Source of the DNA: an uncultured delta proteobacterium
GTDB lineage: Bacteria; Desulfobacterota; Desulfobacteria; Desulfobacterales; QNYZ01
Length of the DNA: 64,000 nt
Direction: 5' to 3'
Assembly (NCBI GenBank): GCA_963845145.1
Contig: CAWJQU010000001.1
Span: forward strand, 192,001 to 256,000
The notes beneath the pieces are model-generated. The model did no database searches and had not been told where the DNA came from. It saw only the letters and a program-made list of their open reading frames with translations. A program made the position numbers and the translations under genes. Shown in pieces: positions 58,678 through 64,000 of the stretch; the stretch's first letter is position 1; every line of letters begins with the position of its first letter.

Positions 58678-60369
58678 TTATTTGCGATACCAATCTTCAA
58701 TATCAGCGATACTTGTATCCCAAGGAGATGCTTTGTATCCACCGATTGAATTCGCCCACGCAAACACATCACCACGATGAATCAAAGGAATTAGAACATA
58801 GGCCTGCATAAGCATATCATTCAATTTCTTTGCTATTTCGATGCGTTCCTCCAGTACCGCTGTTTTTGATAATTTAATGAGCAATGCATCATATTCGGGG
58901 TCACAATAGCGAGGAAAATTGTTTCCGATCCATTGATTTTCAGGCGTAGGTGCTTCTATGCATTTCCACTTGTTCATATACGTTTCCGGATCAGTGCCGG
59001 TGAATGTGTTGGTAAACATTTCAACATCTGCAAAATTCTTCTCGTATGTATCCGGACTTGATTGATCGCCACCGAAAAAGACAGAAGCGCTGACATTTTT
59101 CAATTCCGTTTCTACGCCAATTTTTTGCCACATTTGCTTAACAAGTGCTTGAGTGGCCTGACGAACTGAATTGGTTGATGTTTGATAGAGGATTGAGAGC
59201 CGAACCCCATTTTTAGATCGTACGCCATCCGAACCGCGCTTCCAGCCTGCTTCGTCCAACAGTTTGTTCGCCAGTTCTACATTTTGAGATTTACATGAAT
59301 CATTGGCGGTTGAAGCATAAATTTCCGGTGCGGCCAGCACATTACAGCTTGTTCGTCCTGTGGCACCATAACCTACATCAACCAAAACCTGTCGATCTAT
59401 GGCCAAAGAGAGCGCTTTACGGACGGCTATATCGGTCATGAAAGGATGCGGATGATCTTTAGTCCCGCGTCTATCACCTAATTTCGAGTCCGGATTCGTC
59501 AGATTCACCTCTAACCGCTCAACGGCGGTAGCAAAACTTGAAACTATCTTTCCTTTGCCAACTTTTTCCATCTTTTCCAGCACTTCGGGTTCCACTTGAA
59601 GGTTCCAGGCAAAGTCGTATTCTCCTGTTTCCAAAACCGATCGCGCCGCGGAAGCCGCGTCTCCACCACCTTTTATCATCACTTTTGAAAAAGCAGGTTT
59701 GCTTGGATCACGATATTTTTCATTTATCTCATATATTACCGTGTCATTCGGATGGAACTCGCTGACTATAAAAGCTCCAGTGCCATGGGGCCCAAAGTTT
59801 GCATCAGTACAGGTTGGCGCTTTTTCTCCCATACAATTTTGGAATTGTTTTTTTTGCAGAATTGGAACTTGGGAGCCGACAAATGGCCCATAAGGAAAAG
59901 GTTTTGGTACCGAAAAATTAACTCTGACCGTCAGATCATCCACTTTTGTAACCGACTCGACATCTTTAAAAAAGGGAAGCGCCTGACAACCTCCTGCCGG
60001 ATCTAAACAATATTCAGCGGTAAAAACTACATCATCTGCAGAAAAAGGCGTTCCGTCAGACCAAACGACACCGGATTTCAACTTCCAGGTAATTGATTTT
60101 AAGTCCTTGGCGGGTTTTGGTATTTCACTGGCCAACGTCGGAATCATTTCTCCCGATGGAAGATAATTGGCAAGGGGTTCCAAAATTACGGCTGACGCAT
60201 GAATGTCTTTCGTTCCTCCTGAGAGATAGGGGTTGAGGATGGATGGGGCTTGCCAATAAATGAGTTTCAATTCACCATCTTCTCCGCGCTTTGCATGAGC
60301 AGTTGTCGCGAACATAGCAAAAATTAAGATACCTGCCAGAATTGTGGCAACTGATTTTTTAATGTCCAT
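58678..60369 (-). CDS. Peptide ABC transporter substrate-binding protein (family 5)
   Basis: Signal peptide; WQAPSILNPYLSGGTKD, WSDGTPFSADDVVFT and VRKALSLAIDR. Confidence 0.93.
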   Translation of the reverse strand: MDIKKSVATILAGILIFAMFATTAHAKRGEDGELKLIYWQAPSILNPYLSGGTKDIHASAVILEPLANYLPSGEMIPTLASEIPKPAKDLKSITWKLKSGVVWSDGTPFSADDVVFTAEYCLDPAGGCQALPFFKDVESVTKVDDLTVRVNFSVPKPFPYGPFVGSQVPILQKKQFQNCMGEKAPTCTDANFGPHGTGAFIVSEFHPNDTVIYEINEKYRDPSKPAFSKVMIKGGGDAASAARSVLETGEYDFAWNLQVEPEVLEKMEKVGKGKIVSSFATAVERLEVNLTNPDSKLGDRRGTKDHPHPFMTDIAVRKALSLAIDRQVLVDVGYGATGRTSCNVLAAPEIYASTANDSCKSQNVELANKLLDEAGWKRGSDGVRSKNGVRLSILYQTSTNSVRQATQALVKQMWQKIGVETELKNVSASVFFGGDQSSPDTYEKNFADVEMFTNTFTGTDPETYMNKWKCIEAPTPENQWIGNNFPRYCDPEYDALLIKLSKTAVLEERIEIAKKLNDMLMQAYVLIPLIHRGDVFAWANSIGGYKASPWDTSIADIEDWYRK

Positions 60370-60511
60370 TTTCGCCTCCTGATGTTTTAAAGATTAAAAA
60401 AATTCAAGCCCGAATGAGCTCAGTACCGGTCAGCATAGCTGATGCCAACATTTTCCCTAACGTTGAATCGCTGGGGGTATTTATATTTAGCCAAAGCTTA
60501 TTTGCACCGTG

Positions 60512-61516
60512 TTACTCCGGATGAAAGCAAGCGGTAAAGTGACTAGGTGTGCTCTCTTCCCAACCGGGTTCTTCAGTCAAACATTTTTCCGAGGCTTTCC
60601 AGCACCGGGTAGAGAAATTACACCCCTTCGGAGGATTTGCCGGACTTGGGACATCACCCGAAAGAATAATGTGCTGGCGAGCTTTTTCTTTAGCAGGATT
60701 TGGTATTGGGATAGCCGATAGCAACGCTTTGGTATATGGATGCTTTGGCGCTTTATATATCACCTCCCGAGGGGCTAACTCGACTACTTTTCCCAGATAC
60801 ATTACGGCTATTCGATCTGCAATGTGGCGTACCATGGAAAGGTCATGGCTGATAAACAAATAAGCAAGACCGAATTCTTTTTGTAAATCCTGCAGCAAGT
60901 TCACGACTTGTGCCTGAATGGATACATCCAACGCGGCAATAGGCTCGTCACAAACAATAAACTTGGGATTCAGGGCTAATGCTCTTGCAACACCAATTCG
61001 TTGACGCTGCCCTCCTGAAAACTCATGGGGATAACGGTTTGCGAATCCTCTCGGCAAGCTGACGGCATCTAGAAGTTCATGTACCCGTTTTCGTTTGGCC
61101 GAGCCCTTAACCAAGCCATGCTCCTCTATTGGTTCTGCGATAATTGATCCAACGGTCATTCTTGGATTTAAACAGTCTTGTGGGTCTTGAAAGATCATTT
61201 GCATATGAGGCCTTACCTTACGTAATTTTTCTCCTTTTAATGCAACCAGATCTTGATCCTCGAAAAGGATTTTTCCCGCGGTAGGTTTGTAGAGACGCAA
61301 AATAGCGCGTCCCGTAGTCGATTTGCCGCAACCACTCTCACCTACCAATCCCAAAGTTTCGCCATTTCGAACATTGAAATTAATACCATCAACAGCTTTT
61401 ATTACTCCCACTTGTCGCCGAAACACACCCTTGTAAACAGGGAAATGCATCGCCAGACCTTCGACTGACAACAAATCTCCATTTGCTTCTTTCGAAACAT
61501 TATTGTCAACCGCCAT
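60512..61516 (-). CDS. Peptide ABC ATP-binding protein (OppF/DppF)
   Basis: [17 protein letters not shown] and [10 protein letters not shown]. Confidence 0.94.
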   Translation of the reverse strand: MAVDNNVSKEANGDLLSVEGLAMHFPVYKGVFRRQVGVIKAVDGINFNVRNGETLGLVGESGCGKSTTGRAILRLYKPTAGKILFEDQDLVALKGEKLRKVRPHMQMIFQDPQDCLNPRMTVGSIIAEPIEEHGLVKGSAKRKRVHELLDAVSLPRGFANRYPHEFSGGQRQRIGVARALALNPKFIVCDEPIAALDVSIQAQVVNLLQDLQKEFGLAYLFISHDLSMVRHIADRIAVMYLGKVVELAPREVIYKAPKHPYTKALLSAIPIPNPAKEKARQHIILSGDVPSPANPPKGCNFSTRCWKASEKCLTEEPGWEESTPSHFTACFHPE

Positions 61517-62525
61517 TGCCTTCTCCTGCATCTATATCCAACCAGCACGCGACATCATGGCCTTCAGCTACATGACGGAGTGGGGGGTTTTCGTTTTTAC
61601 AATTATCGTTTTTGTATTGACATCTCGGCGCAAAGGGGCAGGAGTTTGGCGGCGCGACCAGGTTTGGGGGTTGCCCTTGTATACTTAACAACCGGCCGGT
61701 AGGATTTTCGCCCACATTGGGCAAGGTTTTCAGTAGCGCTTTGGTATAAGGATGCTTGGGATGTTCATAGAGCTCATGGACATCAGCGCTTTCAACAATA
61801 AACCCTCCGTACATCACTATCACCCGGTCGGCGATCCCCGCGACAACTCCTAAATCATGGGTTATCCAGATAATACCCATCCCCAATTCAGTTCTCAGCT
61901 TAAGAATCAATTGTAAAAACTGAGCCTGGACCGTTACATCTAGTGCTGTCGTTGGCTCGTCGGCAATTAGTAGCTGAGGATTGCAGGAAAGTGCGATGGC
62001 GATCATGACACGCTGCCGCATACCACCGGAAAATTGGTGAGGAAAATCTCTTAACCGTTGCGAAGCCTCTGGAATACCGACGAGTTCCAGTAAATCAACG
62101 GCTCTCTCCCGAGCGGCCATACGCGAGAGTCCTAAATGAATGCGCAGAGGCTCCATTAATTGAAAACCAACCGTGAATACGGGATTGAGTGACGTCATTG
62201 GATCCTGAAAAACAAACCCGATTTTCCCACCGCGAACCTTTCTGATTTCTTCCTTATTCAAAGCCAGTAGATTTTTTCCGCCAAAATCCACTGTTCCCGC
62301 CACGATTTCCGCGGGAGGCATTGGCAACAGCTTCAATAATGACATCATGGTAACACTTTTGCCGCAACCGCTCTCTCCGACTATTCCTACCAATTCGCCT
62401 TTATTAATTTGAAAACTAACGCCATTGACGGCATGGATTATATCGTCTTTAGTATGAAATATAGTCTTTAACCCGTTGACATTAAGGATTGGAGGAGTAC
62501 TTGAAGTTTTATTTGTCATTTCCAC
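61506..62525 (-). CDS. Peptide ABC ATP-binding protein (OppD/DppD)
   Basis: [17 protein letters not shown] and [13 protein letters not shown]. Confidence 0.94.
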   Translation of the reverse strand: MEMTNKTSSTPPILNVNGLKTIFHTKDDIIHAVNGVSFQINKGELVGIVGESGCGKSVTMMSLLKLLPMPPAEIVAGTVDFGGKNLLALNKEEIRKVRGGKIGFVFQDPMTSLNPVFTVGFQLMEPLRIHLGLSRMAARERAVDLLELVGIPEASQRLRDFPHQFSGGMRQRVMIAIALSCNPQLLIADEPTTALDVTVQAQFLQLILKLRTELGMGIIWITHDLGVVAGIADRVIVMYGGFIVESADVHELYEHPKHPYTKALLKTLPNVGENPTGRLLSIQGQPPNLVAPPNSCPFAPRCQYKNDNCKNENPPLRHVAEGHDVACWLDIDAGEGNGG

Positions 62526-62585
62526 TAACTAATTCAAATTTTTCATATTAATCAGATTTATTTCCATCGATAGTATCTTCCATTT

Positions 62586-62608
62586 AAATTACGTAATATT
62601 CGTAATTT
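62586..62608. promoter_or_regulatory. Candidate operator upstream of the peptide ABC operon
   Basis: Perfect inverted repeat AAATTACG-N7-CGTAATTT about 60 bp before oppD. Confidence 0.45.
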
Positions 62609-62637
62609 CCGGTTAGGATTTTGGATATAAATATTTT

Positions 62638-63163
62638 AAAATCAGCTTTTCAGAAGCAACCAACAGTCGGGGCCTTGAACAGTTTATGTTCGCCTATCAA
62701 CATCTCCAAACCCGGGTTGCTGACATCTTACCTAAACAAAATCCCGAGATCGGGAATCTTGGGGGCATCGACGGCTCTTTGATCAATGCCACTTAATCAA
62801 TGCACTGGGCCGACTGCCGAAAGCGATTAAAAAAAGCCAAATTCCATATCGGTTTTGATCTGAACCAGGCAATTCCAAGAAAGGTGTATATAGCCGATGG
62901 CAATGGGCCTGAAAGTATATCACTTGATCGACGGGAGTGAGTATGGCTTGATGGTACAATTATGGCCGACCTAATTACCTACTTGTTATTGGCGATTTAT
63001 ATCCATCGACAATTCAACGAGAGAGTGCCTATCAGCCGTGCACGCCAGTTACGGATACAGATCCAGAATGAATTACGTAACGGCTTTTTCGACATACCGC
63101 CTGATTCAGTTTTAAAAGAGCAATCACTATATGGTTATGCAAATACCTATTCTGAATTTACTG
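62638..63163 (+). mobile_element. Degenerate IS4-family transposase remnant
   Basis: SFSEATNSRGLEQF...IDGSLINAT*SMHWA...KAKFHIGFDLN, with an in-frame TAA at 62794, an internal deletion, and C-terminal LITYLLLAIY...LRIQIQNE. Confidence 0.75.
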
Positions 63164-63316
63164 AATAAATGTTTTATTAATTTATTGGAGATCTTCAATG
63201 GTATTGAGGTAATTAATATAAGAAAACAGCGAGTCGCTATGCATAATTATACTAATTTTTGTATATATATACAGCTCTTTTAGTTTTGTAAAGATATTTA
63301 ATTTAGACACTAAATA

Positions 63317-63484
63317 TCATTTCCTTATAAATTTGACGGATGGACAACCCTTGCCCATCCTATATTTGTAAAATGGACATTGTTCTTCGGTCGCATACAA
63401 AAAATCGCCTTGACAATTTTTAATCTCGTAAGGACTGCCGACGTATTCGACATAATGTTTTCGGGTTGATTCTCCAGATGTCAT
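63317..63484 (-). CDS. Unannotated 55-aa Cys/Tyr-rich ORF, possibly a decayed phage-like gene
   Basis: AGGAGG RBS then MTSGESTRKHYVEYVGSPYEIKNCQGDFLYATEEQCPFYKYRMGKGCPSVKFIRK*. Confidence 0.45.
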   Translation of the reverse strand: MTSGESTRKHYVEYVGSPYEIKNCQGDFLYATEEQCPFYKYRMGKGCPSVKFIRK

Positions 63485-63504
63485 GATTTTAGCCCTCCTA
63501 AACC

Positions 63505-63538
63505 AAAAAAAGCCCCGGAGTTATCGCTCTGAGGCTTT
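63505..63538 (-). terminator. Intrinsic terminator-like hairpin just upstream of the 55-aa ORF
   Basis: Minus strand: AAAGCCTCAGAG-CGATAA-CTCCGGGGCTTTTTTT. Confidence 0.65.
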
Positions 63539-63816
63539 CACCATCCCGCCGTATATCCGATTTTTCGATGACACTCATTCAAAATATAGATATTTTCTAT
63601 TTGTATTATTGTTTTTATACATACTATAAAGACTTTTCTAAATCAATTTTCACATGAGGTCTTTCATGATTTACGATTCTGGCTTTACTTGAGGACGTTC
63701 AACCCTCTAACCGGGTTTGTTAGACAAAACCGTACGCCATAATCGGTTCTATTTCGACACCCCTAATCACCATTAGGCCAATCGAACACTCCCTAATAGA
63801 AAAAAATAATCAAAAA

Positions 63817-64000
63817 ATGCACCTATTTGATTGGGTATACAAACTGCTGCGATCGGCACTGGGTATGATTTTTATCTACGCCGGAAGCACGAAATTGTTG
63901 GCACCGGAAAATTTCGCTACCTTGGTTGAGGCGTATGGGATTGTTCCCGACCCGTTTCTCATGCCGGCTTCTATTTTCCTACCTGCGGTAGAGGTTATAG
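63817..64000 (+). CDS. MauE/DoxX-family membrane protein (partial, runs off the window)
   Basis: MHLFDWVYKLLRSALGMIFIYAGSTKLLAPENFATLVEAYGIVP...LPAVEVI. Confidence 0.75.
   Translation, partial: MHLFDWVYKLLRSALGMIFIYAGSTKLLAPENFATLVEAYGIVPDPFLMPASIFLPAVEVI

Noticed and set aside
63232..63262. dif/Xer recombination site
   Set aside because: Only a partial GCATAA match, with no XerD arm (TTATGTTAAAT).
1..64000. Most short overlapping ORFs in the six-frame track; tRNA and rRNA genes
   Set aside because: The short ORFs are antisense or off-frame shadows of well-supported genes and lack an RBS or motifs. No cloverleaf or rRNA-like sequence was recognised by eye; tRNAscan was not run.

Overview
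This 64-kb bacterial chromosomal window most resembles Desulfobacterota (Desulfobacterales-like). That is inferred from gene content (octaheme HAO-family cytochrome, DsrE-like protein, Crp/Fnr regulator, GGGGCFI and FPWxLFLP C-terminal motifs) and was not tested. No rRNA, tRNA or CRISPR array was seen. In order, the window holds: LPS genes, pheA and a frameshifted PAS hybrid kinase (1-7.4 kb); a light/oxidative-stress-type cluster (7.8-24.5 kb: two PNPOx-fold proteins, an RPH-architecture PEP-utiliser-like kinase, DUF523-DUF1722, an unannotated 45-aa peptide, an SDR, the octaheme cytochrome, a class II photolyase, a desaturase-lipocalin deletion relic, DUF2177, a MoaD-like protein, an ADP-ribosylhydrolase, Blc and PAS-LuxR); a mosaic accessory block (24.7-32.7 kb: DUF1611 plus a PLP racemase behind a highly structured leader, MlrC, secreted proteins); a cytochrome bd operon and housekeeping genes (33-55 kb); and a peptide ABC operon between IS1380 and IS4 remnants (55-63.2 kb). 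The best leads are a riboswitch-like leader upstream of the DUF1611/racemase operon, an exact 99-bp duplicate of the cytochrome 3' end 8,880 bp downstream, the uncharacterised kinase/flavoprotein/peptide module in the photo-stress cluster, and several small genes missing from the ORF track. At least five apparent 1-nt deletions in short homopolymers suggest long-read indel errors, so all frameshift calls are provisional.
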